Origin: Nageia nagi
Lineage: Eukaryota > Plantae > Pinophyta
Direction of reading: 5' to 3'
DNA: 64,000 nt
NCBI GenBank assembly: GCA_050084985.1
Contig: JBITNC010000001.1
Location: 21,886,001 to 21,950,000 of the forward strand
Under the pieces are notes generated by a model. That model saw only the letters and a program-made list of their open reading frames with translations. It made no database searches and was not told the origin of the DNA. The position numbers and the translations under genes were made by a program. Shown piece after piece: positions 1 through 12,299 of the stretch. Numbering within the stretch: position 1 is the first letter of the stretch; the number at the start of each line of letters is the position of its first letter.

Positions 1-3000
1 AATTTTTTCATAATATTATATAGAGCATATGGGATAAACTTACTTTATTTTGCTTGTTTATGTGTTTTGAATTGTTGCATGGCTTTTTATTTATGATAAT
101 CTATAATAAAAGGATACCTCAATGCATTAGGTATCTCCCTTTTCAAGACTTCTTCTCTAGCCATAGCAAGGTTTATTTCAGGAGGGACATTAGAACCTAA
201 ATTCTGAGAAACATTGCTTGGATATGCTAGGAATTGATATTGTTAATTTTTTGGCTTAGCTAAGGGAGCCTTAGCTTTCTTCAATTATGGTTTTACTAGA
301 ATAGATACTTGATTTTGCTAAGTAATTTGGGGTTGCTATAGAGCTCTAGTTTGAACATAAATGGCTTGTTCTCTAGCATATCTTGGGAGCTAAAAATTTA
401 CCATGGTGAGATCAGTAGCAAGATCTAATGTAGGTTCCACCATCTGGTCTAAATATAATCCCAAATATTGATGTTGATAAACAACCCATGATTTTTATAA
501 AATAAGGAACTAAACATGGGGAACACCATTTTGTAATGCTTGGAGCATCACTTTTTATAGAACTCATCATAATAGAATTTTCAATTATTTTGATGACACT
601 TGATTGTTCTAGCTAGTTTGTCTTGGGCTAGAACCTAGATTGATACTAGTTATCATATCTTCTATAATTGAAATCTTGATTTTTCCTTTCTTGTAGAGTG
701 ACTTACTGCTAAAGTTCCTAACTGTTACCTCCAATTGCCTTATTCTTTTCTCCTCTTGAGACTTAATATTAGTACTAATACCAATGGATGCAAAAGTAGG
801 TAATATTGGTATCTAATTCTAGACAATAGGTTTGGAAGGAGGTGGTGAGGATATAACTCTAGGATTAGTAATTTTTGGGACTTGTTTAGGAGGTAAATTA
901 GGAAATAATAACATAATGGTTATAGGTTGCATCATTCTAAATAATGTTAAGGTATGTTTGGAAGTTTTTGCTATCTAGTAAACATATAGAAAGCTATATC
1001 TTGACATAACAATGATCATATTAAGGTACAAGAGAAAGGCCTTTCTATAATATACCAGAGGTTGTGTACTTGTTAGTCTAATTCTTATTGGAATATATTT
1101 CCATGTTATCTCAAATTTGATATTAAAATCATCAATGGACTCATGAGGATATCTTTTGATACATGCTATAAGGCTAAGGAAAGTACTATTATTACCATCT
1201 ATAACAAATCTTTTAATTTAATCTTGATATAACTCTCCCTAAGAAGTTATAGACTAGGGAGTGAGAGTTTTGAACCATTCAACTACTTTTCCTTTAAAAG
1301 AGTGTGATAATTACCTATTTATCACCATTTCATCAATGATATCAAATTTTGAAGCCAACAAAGATACATCTTAATAATATTCATATGGTGTTTTACCATA
1401 CCCATCATACTTAGGCAAAACTTTAAATGTTGCTTGAGGTATAGCAAGGGAGTTAGAAATAATGACCAAATCATGAACATTATTCCAAGTAGGAAAATTA
1501 GTTGGCTAAGCCATGCTTGAAGTTTTGGTATCAAGTGAAGGATCTTTTGGGGTTGAATCAAATACAACTAATAGTGGGATTACCCTTAATGGAACTATAG
1601 GGGATACAACCTAAAAAATCTTTCACCTAGTCCTCCTATGCAAAACTAACAACTCTTGAAACTTAGACTATCTAAGGGAATTTTTGGCACTACTTCAATT
1701 AAGTCTACATTATGGAGGCAGAAGGGTTTGAAATACTGATTGGTTGATAGTAGAGTCATCAATAAGGTTAAATGAACCTTATAATCTTTGAAGAATGTAA
1801 TTGATAGCACATCAAACACAACTATCTAGCCTATTTACATTTGCTAAATATGGAATTTTAGTTTGGGTCCCATTGAGTGTGCCAAAAATGGAAGTTTCTA
1901 CTATTAATTAGTATAATATAACCTCAAAGGGTTTGGTCTAGTTGTGTTCTCCATTGCATGCAATAGTAGGTTCCTTGAAAGAGTAGAAGGTGATGGGAAT
2001 GTGTTTATGTTGGTTTTCTACTCAATATTCAAGTTATACATGGGTTTCTATCTATTGTAAATGTTTAAAATAATAAGAAAGAGATAAAAAGTAAAGAGTT
2101 ACTAGAAAAATATGAATACATTAAACTAAAATTTAAATAAAAACTATATATCCCAGGTATTACAGCACAAGCATTAATCCGTAGCCAAGATTAAGAATAG
2201 CTACATATCTTACCTTGAGGTATTGTAATTATAATACATAGCCATAACTTAATACAACATTCCATACATAATATTCACATAAGTAATAAAAAACCACTTA
2301 TTTCAAAATGGAAAATCATTATCTATTTGCATTATCATGTATGAAAGCACCTTACAAACATGGACAAATTTGCTAGAATGTTCAATGCTATTTATTTCTA
2401 ATAGTCCACCATTTATACATTTACATGTCCTATTAGGTTGTTGTATATCATCAATATACATAATTACTCATCTTATTTGAAGTTGGCAAAGTAAACTATT
2501 TATAATAAATATTACAACTATGTTAGATTGCATAATGAATAAGTACCAATAGCATGACTATTTAGAAATTTGCAATTTATAAATAGTTATATCCATTGAG
2601 TCATAATCCTCCTAATATATCATTGAATACTCTTTTTTTTGATCTTGTATTTGATTGAATATGGTACTATATCTGATTGAATAAGCACTCATATACAATT
2701 TGATAGGTACTATCTAGTACTATGCTCTATGGGTAGTCATCCACTTCTCTACAACCATTGATGATCTATACTGTAGTTCTGATTGAATAGATTAATGGGC
2801 ATGGTGAATAATATATCAAGTTATTTCAAGAAGAAACTACCACTATTATGTGAAATCAAGTTGAATTTGACACATTAATAGGGTCCCAAGGGTTTAACAC
2901 TTAAGATCAAGTGGATTTGAGTGTTACTTCTTATCCATTACTCTCAACTTAATTTAGAAGATTTTATTTCTTTTCTTCAAGAGTTATTGATGATTTGGAT

Positions 3001-3540
3001 ATCCTTAGTACCCATTGATTTTGGCCAAAAGTTCTAACATCATTGCTCAAAATTGATGAGCTTTATTTGGTATCTTCATGAATCTTCATTGGTTATTAAT
3101 TATTCTAAGGCTCGCTAATTTTAGCCAAAAATGATGATGTCACTATTGAAAATTAGTAGGCTCTATTTGGTATCTTCATGAATCATCACTTGCCATTACT
3201 TATTCTAGGATCTAATGATTTTAGCCAAAAAATAATAATGTCACTCTTAAAAATCTATGGGCTTTATTTATTTCTATGCATCTCTTGCTGATTATTTGGA
3301 CATAACCTGGGCCCATTTTTATAATAACTCTTAGACATTGTACTTACAACAACTCCAAGATATTGTATTTACAAGAACTCTCAAACATTGTATTTACAAC
3401 AACTCTTAGACATTGTATTAAAAATAACTCTTGAACACTATATTTACAACAACTCCCTGAACATGATTCTTCTATATATATAGTTCCTAGCCCTTTTGAC
3501 TATTAACATGACTTAAGGTTTATCCTTGGGAGTTATTACA
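1..3540 (-). mobile_element. Degenerate Ty3/Gypsy (Tat/Ogre-like) 5' portion: putative LTR 1889-3540, PBS ~1866-1884, decayed gag to the left
   Basis: Minus strand reads ...CA TTTT TGGCACACTCAATGGGACC, similar to the Tat/Ogre PBS TGGCACGCCCAGTGGGAC. The LTR plausibly starts TGTAATAACTCCC at 3540. Gag-like remnant 'PKYDGYGKTPYE' lies near 1380-1420. Confidence 0.6.
3017..3465. repeat. Tandem repeats inside the putative LTR: ~101-bp unit x3 (3017-3300) and 25-bp unit x~6 (3325-3465)
   Basis: TTTTRGCCAAAA recurs at ~3019/3119/3219, with TATTTGGTATCTTCATGAATC in the first two units. AACTCYYAGACATTGTATTTACAAC recurs every 25 bp. Confidence 0.8.
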
Positions 3541-3737
3541 ACACCCACTAGCTTTTAACTATAAATTTATAAGGCAAAAAATTAAAAACCAAGACTTATA
3601 TAACAATAGCTAAATGTTGACAACACCTAAAATTATTCAAACTTAAGACTAACAAAAGACTTAAATTATATGTGAAAGGGAAGAAAGTTGGAATAGAAAT
3701 AATTTTTTGAAAAGAATGAAAGAATAAAAGAATAATA

Positions 3738-4600
3738 GTGTGTTACCCCAACTCAGAGTCTAATTATGAAAGAATACAATTAAATCTTAGTCTTAGTTTG
3801 TACCAAATGGATGTTAAGTCTTTCTTTCTGAATGGATATTTAATGGAACAAGTGTATATGAATCAACCCAAAGGATTCTTAGTTGTTGGCCATGAAGATA
3901 AAGTGTACCTATTGAAGAAAGCTCTTTATGGGCTCAAGCAGGAACTAAGATCCTAGCACTCTCATATGGACACCTACTTCCATCATAATGGTTATCATAG
4001 GTGCTCTATGGAAGCTACATGGTACACTAATGTATCCAATCACGATTTCATAATCATCTATTTGTATGTTGATGATATTATCTTCATTAGCACTTCCTCT
4101 TCCATGCTACATACATTCAAAACTACCATGTTTAAGGAGTTTAAGATGAGTGATTTGGGTGACATGCAATATTTTCTTTATATGTAAGTTCAGCAGTTCT
4201 CCTATGGCATATTCATCACTCAATCCAAGTATGTTGATGACATGCTTTTCAAGTTTTTCATGAAGGATTGTAAATCTGTTAACACTCTAATAGTTCTTAG
4301 TACGAACTCATGTAGGAGGATTCTACTCATCTTGTGGCTACTACCATATATTTGTCACTTATTAGTAGTTTGATGTATCTTATAGTTACCTAACTGGACA
4401 TCATGTATGTAGTTAGCCTTGTGTCTAGATTCATGCATTTTCCACATGAATCTCTTTAGAAAGTGGCTAAAAGTATCCTCTTGTATGTAAGTGGCATCAA
4501 ATTATTTTTCTATGGTATAAATCCTTTGATTTTGACATCATTGAGACCTACATAGATGCAAATTATGTCAAAAACATTGATGATAGGAAATGCCAATGAC
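3738..4600 (+). mobile_element. Degenerate Ty1/Copia reverse transcriptase to RNase H fragment
   Basis: ORF-track motifs YQMDVKSFFLNG, LKKALYGLKQ, LYVDDII and FKMSDLG, broken by stops. Confidence 0.85.
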
Positions 4601-5523
4601 TATTGACTACCTACATTATCTACCTATTGTTTCACCTACCAAATTTAGTAAGTTGTAGGACTATAGGTAAGTATCAAATACTCAATATCTACACCTTTGA
4701 TTGAGATAGATCTAATTTTGTACTTCTTCATTTACACCCATATTCCTCTCTACAATACCTTATGGTTATGCAGCATGTTATCTCTTTTTGAAGGTTGTAT
4801 ACATGAGAAATACTTGGAAATATTAATTGTATTCTTCTATCTCTAATCCAAGGTGATATTTATCTATTTGAGGGCATTTAACTACATGGGTACTTATTTA
4901 TATTCCCATATTTGAGAAAATAGTTTTGTTATTTTATGATTTGTCAAACTATCTTTGTTTGGTTTAGTTTAATTTTGAGGGCTAGATATTTATGTTTAGA
5001 TATCTATTTCATGTGATTCCTTCTTGGTTGTTTTGTTGGTTGTAATGTATTTCAACCATATTGTCTTTACCATCATTGTTGGTAGAATGCACTTAGAAAT
5101 CCTATAATACAAAACCTATCTCTTTTGCATTCTTACTTAGTGAGTCATAAGAAATTTATTTTCTCTTAACTCACTTTTGATTCTTCCATCCATATTGAAA
5201 GTATTTTATACCTTTACCATTATATAGAGTGTTTCTTGTTGATCACTTTGATGTATCAAAGTGCTAGGTTACTTTAATAATAACATAAGTTACAAGATCT
5301 AAACTTTTTCCTGCCCATACTAACATCATCATTTTTTATTCTCCAAATTACTCACCTTATATTTTCTTGAAGTCTCAGTAAAATCTTATCACCTTCATAT
5401 TGCTAAAACTCTAACATTTCCAAATTACACTATTGTTAGAATTCTTTGAAACTCTATCTATGTCACTTTCTTTTCTTCAGTGTTTTGAGTTTACTGGAGA
5501 TTGAGCTAAACCTTATTGTTCAA

Positions 5524-5772
5524 TGTTAAAAACCATAATCTTATTATGGTATTTGTAAATATTTAGAAATTAGACATGTGTCAATGACAAGTGTCATTTG
5601 GAGTTAGTTAGAGAAATTCTAGCTTAGTGCTTAGGCAGTTAAGTTAGTTAGGATGAGGTGTACACTTAGTTGCACCATTTTAGGAGTTTGTTAGTTAACC
5701 ACTTTTGTGGTCTATATATTGTAAATTATTCTTGAGTAATAATATCTTGGAGTTTTATGATCCATTCCTGCA
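5524..5772 (+). repeat. 5' LTR of young Copia
   Basis: Direct repeat of 11622-11870, followed by a tRNA-iMet PBS. Confidence 0.97.
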
Positions 5773-6864
5773 TTGGTATCAGAGCAAGGAATTTGGGAAA
5801 CTCCATGCAAATTCGTCACTGTAGTTTGCTGTGATTTGTTCCAGCAAAAATCATGATGAATACCTGCATGCATGTGTATTAATTTGAGTTGATGATTGTT
5901 GGACATCATTGCTTAACTCTGGTGGTTGCTGTTCTCTTTGGAGACTGATGAATCCCATGTGTTGCTGCATGTAACTTCGTAGCTCCCTTTTGTGGCTGGA
6001 TGTGCATCCTTTCTTGTTACACTGCTCCTCTCTCCAAGTGTGGCTCTTGATCTCTAGAAACGTGACCGTGGCTTAGCTTGGCGTGGACTCTGATCAGTAG
6101 TTCGTGGGTTGATTGGCTCCCATTTTCATGCAGCATCTCGTAGCTCCTCTCTGCATTTCATGGACGTGGACTTCATAGCCTCCTGCTGTACATTTTGAGA
6201 ACGTGGTCCAGAGACATGGATTATAGTTTGTGGATTACAATTTGTGGTTGCTACATTTGTAGCTCTCCAACTCATGGGTGGTGGCTCTTGATCTCCAGAC
6301 CTGCTATGTTGCCCTCCATTCATTGCCCTATCCACGAAGCTCCAGGTTGTGCTCCTCTCTAGACTGGCTTTTGTTCAGATCCGCATGGACAGTTCGTGGC
6401 TAGTTTCGTAGCTCCGCATGCATTGACGTTGGATCCCTCTCTCCAATTTGTAAACGTCACGGATCTGCTGTTGAACATGGCTCCTCTCTCCAGTTCATGG
6501 TTTGTTTTCCCACGTGGTTCCTCTCTTGTTACGTGGCTGCTCTCTCTCATTGCTCGTGGGTGTTATTGCTCGTGGTGTTCACTGAACATGATTTCCAGAC
6601 GTAGTGGCCCACCTATTTACTTGCCCCCTCACCCATTAAGGTGCCTTTAATATTTTTTTAAACATGGTGACTTTAAAATTCGTAGTAAAGATATTTTAGG
6701 AGTTGTTTTATTATTTGGAATTTTAATTTGGAGTGATAAGGTGTATTTAATATTTTGGTACTCCAAAATATTTAATTCCAAATTTTATTTTTAGGTATAT
6801 TTAAAGTTATTAAATATTTTAATTTTATATTAAAATATTTTTTTAATTTTTAAATATTTTGGCA

Positions 6865-7260
6865 ATGATACGATCTACCGGGTGTCATGCCATTCTTATG
6901 AATATACTTGAAAATGAAAATCTTGAAAACTTCGATGAAGAAGTAAGAGTGTATGGTATTGATGCTGTTCTTCAAGATCTTAAAAATACAGTCATTCAAT
7001 ACCAACAAATTATTCCTCCTGACGTACACTACGACGGTGACCTTGAAGACAACGAGTACTTTGATAGTGCTCCATTTCCTAGTGAAGAATTTGAGCCTGA
7101 GGAGATTGAAGAAAATTTAGTTGAGGAATACACACCAGCACCACAACCACCTGAGATTATCATCATCAGTGATAGTGATGAATATACTCCAGTAGTTGCA
7201 CCAGTTGATCAAAGTTCCAGTCTCAATATTCCAGCATCCGAGTCAGATTCAGGATTCTAG
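6865..7260 (+). CDS. Extra acidic ORF upstream of Copia gag (131 aa from the ATG; frame stays open to 7392 past one TAG), function unknown
   Basis: ATG at 6865. D/E/P-rich, with motif EIIIISDSDE. Coding-like composition between AT-rich flanks. No gag similarity recognised. Confidence 0.6.
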   Translation: MIRSTGCHAILMNILENENLENFDEEVRVYGIDAVLQDLKNTVIQYQQIIPPDVHYDGDLEDNEYFDSAPFPSEEFEPEEIEENLVEEYTPAPQPPEIIIISDSDEYTPVVAPVDQSSSLNIPASESDSGF

Positions 7261-7511
7261 GTATCTTCAGCTGCACCAATTGAAGAAAGAGAGAGAGATA
7301 ACTTTGATCCTGATTATATCCATCCACCAATGGTCATTGAGCAACATATTCGTGAATGCACCGATCACATGTGGATCAATTTAGACTTGTAGATTTCTAT
7401 ATTTGACATCATCTTGCTCTATTTTGCCTTGTTTGAGCAAAGATTGTTTGTATTTCAAATATAGTAAATTATCTACTTCTTTTGTGATTTTGTAACTTTT
7501 CATCTTACAAC

Positions 7512-10500
7512 ATGCATTCCTTAGTAAGCATTATTGGGTTGTTTTGACTGGTCAAAACAATTGGTCAGAATGGTATAGAAAGATAAAAAATACGCTCATC
7601 TTCAATGATTTTTGGGAAGGTATATGCGATGGCAAAACCAAACCCATCAAACCAACTGATGACAAAGAGCTCATGGTTTGGAACATGAAGAATTGCAAAG
7701 CGTATGCTCTAATAGCAGCTTCTATATCTGAAGAAGTCAATCGACATATTGCTTCAATTGACGATGCTTGGAGTGCACTGGAAAAGTTGAAAGAGTTGTA
7801 TGACTCTCATTCAGCGTTGGAACTCATCCAACTTCAGTTAAAGCTCTTCAATTTGTAGTTGCAAAACAATGATCCCTTGGCACTTATTTCAGAAATTAGT
7901 GCAATAATGTATGATATCGAGGCTACAGGTGTTGAAATTGATATTTCTCTTGCAGCCTTGATCAAAGCTCTCTATCCCACATACTCAACTTATCTTGAAT
8001 CCCTTCAAGCGAGTGGACAATTAGCCACTCTCACCTTCAAAACTTTGTTAGAAAAGATTGCAGAGCGTGAAAAAGCTTTTGGAAAGAAGACAAATGATGC
8101 TTCAGATATTGTTTACAATGCTCAATTAGAAAAGAATGATGCTTCTTATGCAGATAGTAGCAATAGAGGTTGTGGTCGAAAAAATTTCCGAGGCAAAGGA
8201 GGTAGAAATCAAGGAGGTCGTGGAGATAAAAAGGAGAAGTCAAATTTATATTGCACTCGATGCGATAGAAAAGGCCATGAAGCTGCCACATGTCGCATTC
8301 CATGGGAGAAAATTGTTGAAAAGAAAGAGCAACAAGGTGATCAGAGTAAGAACTCTGCATCTGCTCATTTTGTTACAGCTGAATGTAACATTGGTCTTAG
8401 TGACCTCATAAATACTTCATATGCATCATGGGAAGATGCATGGTTGCTTGATACGGGAGCAACATGTCACATGACTTTCAGGAGGATTTCTTTGAAGAAT
8501 TGAATGAAGATATTGATGGTGCAGTCTACTTTGCAGATCGATCAAAACTTAAGCCATCTGGAATTGGCTCAATCAGGCTTAAACTCCTAGGATTTCCAGA
8601 TTTTGTGCTTCAAAAAGTACTTTATCTTCAGAATTGAGGAGAAATTTGCTTTCCCTTTTCTTATTCGACAACAAGGACATACCATCCATATGTTCGATGG
8701 CAAGGTGGAAATACGATAATCTCCTGACAACAAAGTTGTGATGCTTGGTGTGGAAGATGGAAAGCTTTTAAAACTCATTGGTGCTTCTATTCAATCGAAG
8801 GAATTTGCATTCCTTACACATCAAGAAAAAGGTACACTTCCCTCAAGTCTTTTGTGGCATGCTAGATTAGGGCACCTTAATTTTGATGACCTTCATCTTT
8901 TAAAGAAATGAGGTTTTAGTGGTTTGCCTACAATACCTAGGAACATTGCCCCTTGTGAAGCATGTATCCTAGGGAAGCACCACAAGCAACCGTTTATAAA
9001 TTCCCAATGGAGAGCCAGTAGAAAACTTGAACTAGTCCATTCCGATTTGTATGGTCCATTTTCTGTTCCTTCTGTAGCTGGAAATAGATATATTATGACA
9101 TTCATTGATGATTATTCTAGGATGTCTTGGGTTTATTTCTTAAAACATAAGTCTGAAGCTTTCTCCAAATTCAAAGACTTTCATGTCAGTATAGAAAATG
9201 AAGCTCAAACTCGTATAGGTATCCTTCGTTCAGATAATGGGGGGGAATATACTTCAAATGAATTCAAATCTTACTTACACCAACATGGGATTAAACATCA
9301 GACTATTGTTCCCTATAACCCACAACAAAATGGGGTTGCTGAAAGATTGAACAAACTCTATTGAATATGGCCCGTGCAATGATATTCTTCAAGAATGTCA
9401 AAATTATGTTTTGGGGTGATGCAGTTCAATGTGCTGTTTATTTAAGAAATAGATCTCCTTCTCATGCTCTCAAAGATAAGACTCCATTTGAAATGTGGTT
9501 TGGTCGTATTCCTTCTGTATGTCATCTCAGGATCTTTGGTTCCACCTGTTATGCGCTCATACCTAAGGAACAACGAAGTAAGCTTGAAGCTAGGAGTCGA
9601 AAGTGTATTTTCTTGGGCTATTCAGACACTACCAAGGGATACAAGCTTTATGATGAGGTAAACAAGAAGTTTCTCTTTGTAAGAGATGTTATCTTTCTTG
9701 AATTTTTCAAAAGTGATAATACTGTTGAGCGGCAGATTGAAGAACAAGCACAAAGAGTACCTCCTCTACTAGGTTCTTCCATTTCATTCAGTGCCAGTAT
9801 CTGAGCATCAGTTAGATGATGTAATTCAAGGAATTGATCGATTAAGTATTGATGGTAGTGAAGATCCATCTCATCTCAGTGATCAACCAGAATCATCTCA
9901 GAGAATTCCAAAATGGGCCTAGAAAACACTTGAAAGTGTTCATCCTGATGAAATTGGAAAGACAGGAACTCGAAGTTCCTACCAGATAAGAAAAGAAAGT
10001 GGAGCAGTAGAAGATTTAGTTTCAGGTGATGTCCTTTCTTTTGATATGGAATTGAATTGTTCTGCTAATTTTGAACCAACTTCTTTTAAAGAAGCTATTT
10101 CTCATGATGCTTGGAAAGAAGCTTATGAAGAAAGAGTATGATGCTCTCATCAAGAATGGGACATGGAAGTTGGTAGATCCACAATATGGAACCAGACCTA
10201 TTGGATGCAAGTGGGTTTACAAGAATAAGTATAAATTAGATAGCTCACTTGATAAAAATAAAGCGAGGCTTGTTGCAAAAGGTTTTGCACAAAGAGAAGG
10301 CATTGACTATGATGAGACTTTTGCTCCTACAGCTAAATGGGCTACCATTCATGCTTTATTGACAATGGCAGCTCAACATAAGTGGAAGGTTCATCAAATG
10401 GATGTAAAGACAACTTTCCTGAATGGTGATCTAAAAGAGAATGTTTACATGACACAGCCTGAGGGATTTGCAGTTAAAGGTCAAGAGCATAAGGTATGCA

Positions 10501-11606
10501 AACTTATCAAGTCATTGTATGGATTGAAGCAAGCTCCTCGTGCATGGTATGAAAAGCTTACTGAATATCTTTTAAAGTTAAAATTCAAGCACTACAATCT
10601 TGATGATGCAACTTTGTTTGTTAAGAAATTTGGCAACACTAGTTGTATATCTAGTGGTGTATGTAGATGATCTATTGATTACAAGGAACAATGAGAGATA
10701 TATAGCATCTGTGAAATAGGAATTGAAGAAAGGATTTGAAATGATAGATATGGGCCTGCTTCACTACTTCTTGGGTGTTGAAGTAAATCAAACACCAAGT
10801 TACATATTTATTTCCCAAAAGAAGTACATTGGAGAATTGTTGAATAAATTTAGTATGGAAGATTGCAATCCTCTCTCTACTCCAATGGAACAAAATTTAA
10901 AGTTGAAATCAGTTGAGGGAAATCAATTTGAGGATGCTACTAAATTCAGACAGTTGATAGGAAGTCTCATTTATCTAACCACAACTAGACCAGATATTTC
11001 ATTCGTGGTTGGAATACTTTCTCGATTTATGCACACACCTTGTGAAGGTCATTGGGTAGCAGCGAAGAGAGTTCTTCAATATTTGAAAGGAACTCAAGAT
11101 TATGGGCTAAAATATTCCAAGGTTAGAGACTTCAAACTGATTAGATATTCTGATTCAGACTTTGTTGGTGATAAGGAAAATGGAGTTTCAACTTTAGGAT
11201 ATCTTATGAGTCTTGGATCAGCCCCTATTTCCTGGAGATCACGAAAATAGACTGTTCCAGTAGATTCCACTACTGAGGCAGAATATGTGGCTGCAACAGA
11301 AGCAACAAAAGAAATTGTGTGGCTCAGGAAAATACTAGAAGATTTGTAGGAGAAACAAGTGCTTCCAACTCCACTATTAATCGATAATACTTCTGCAATC
11401 AAATTAGCCAAGAATCCAAAGTTTCATGATCGAACAAAGCATATCAATACAAAGTATCATTTGATTTGACATCATGTAGAGGCCAAGACAATTTGGGTGA
11501 AACATTGTTCCACTGAAGAACAAATTGCAACATCTTCACCAAGGTGCTTGGAAGAGAAAAGTTTGAGAAATTTAGATCAATGCTCGGACTTACAAATACC
11601 CCTTAA
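7512..11606 (+). pseudogene. Copia gag-pol polyprotein, multiply disrupted
   Basis: Zinc knuckle CTRCDRKGHEAATC; PR WLLDTGATCHMT; INT HARLGH..CEAC, FIDDYSR, RSDNGGEY, QQNGVAER; RT HQMDVK, YVDD; RH STTEAEYVAA. More than 10 stops or frameshifts. Confidence 0.95.
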
Positions 11607-11621
11607 GTTTAAGGGGGGGAA

Positions 11622-11870
11622 TGTTAAAAACCATAATCTTATTATGGTATTTGTAAATATTTAGAAATTAGACATGTGTCAATGACAAGTGTCATTTGGA
11701 GTTAGTTAGAGAAATTCTAGCTTAGTGCTTAGGCAGTTAAGTTAGTTAGGATGAGGTGTACACTTAGTTGCACCATTTTAGGATTTTGTTAGTTAACCAC
11801 TTTTGTGGTCTATATATTGTAAATTATTCTTGAGTAATAATATCTTGGAGTTTTATGATCCATTCCTGCA
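11622..11870 (+). repeat. 3' LTR of young Copia
   Basis: Preceded by the PPT and followed by TSD TTCAA. Confidence 0.97.
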
Positions 11871-12299
11871 TTCAAAAACTATCAAAACCCCAACACTTTA
11901 ATTTAACACTATTCAACAAAGTCATATTTTGTGAGAACTCTTAAGTGCATAATTTTATTGGATATATGGACAGTCCTAACCTACCAAATTCTCCCAAAAT
12001 GCTATCCAAATTTATGGTATCAAATCTTGGAGCCTTAAGCCTCCAAAATCATCATTTGGAGTAAAGATCTTGTATTGAGCTTATTTGATTCAAAATATTC
12101 AATTGCTATTAGAGTATTGGGATATTGTTTATCAAGTGGTGGTTTATAAGCTTCAAAATCTTTACCTTTGCATGGTGTGGGTGGGAGAGAAATTTCTTTT
12201 TGTGTTAGTTTCTATAAATGCAGCTCTCACATAAAGTGTCAGGTGGTAGTGAGAAGGTAGGCATATGGATCACTAACTTATGCAATCCATAGAGTGAGT

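Larger units (their letters stand above)
5524..11870 (+). mobile_element. Full-length young Ty1/Copia LTR retrotransposon with disrupted gag-pol and an extra upstream ORF
   Basis: 249-bp TG..CA LTRs at 5524-5772 and 11622-11870 with 1 mismatch seen. TSD TTCAA (5519-5523 / 11871-11875). PBS TGGTATCAGAGC 5774-5785. PPT AAGGGGGGGAA 11611-11621. Domain order gag-PR-INT-RT-RH. Confidence 0.97.

Noticed and set aside
12014-12030. Possible PBS TGGTATCAAATC and an older host element around the young Copia
   Set aside because: Too degenerate, and no LTR pair or coding motifs could be confirmed.
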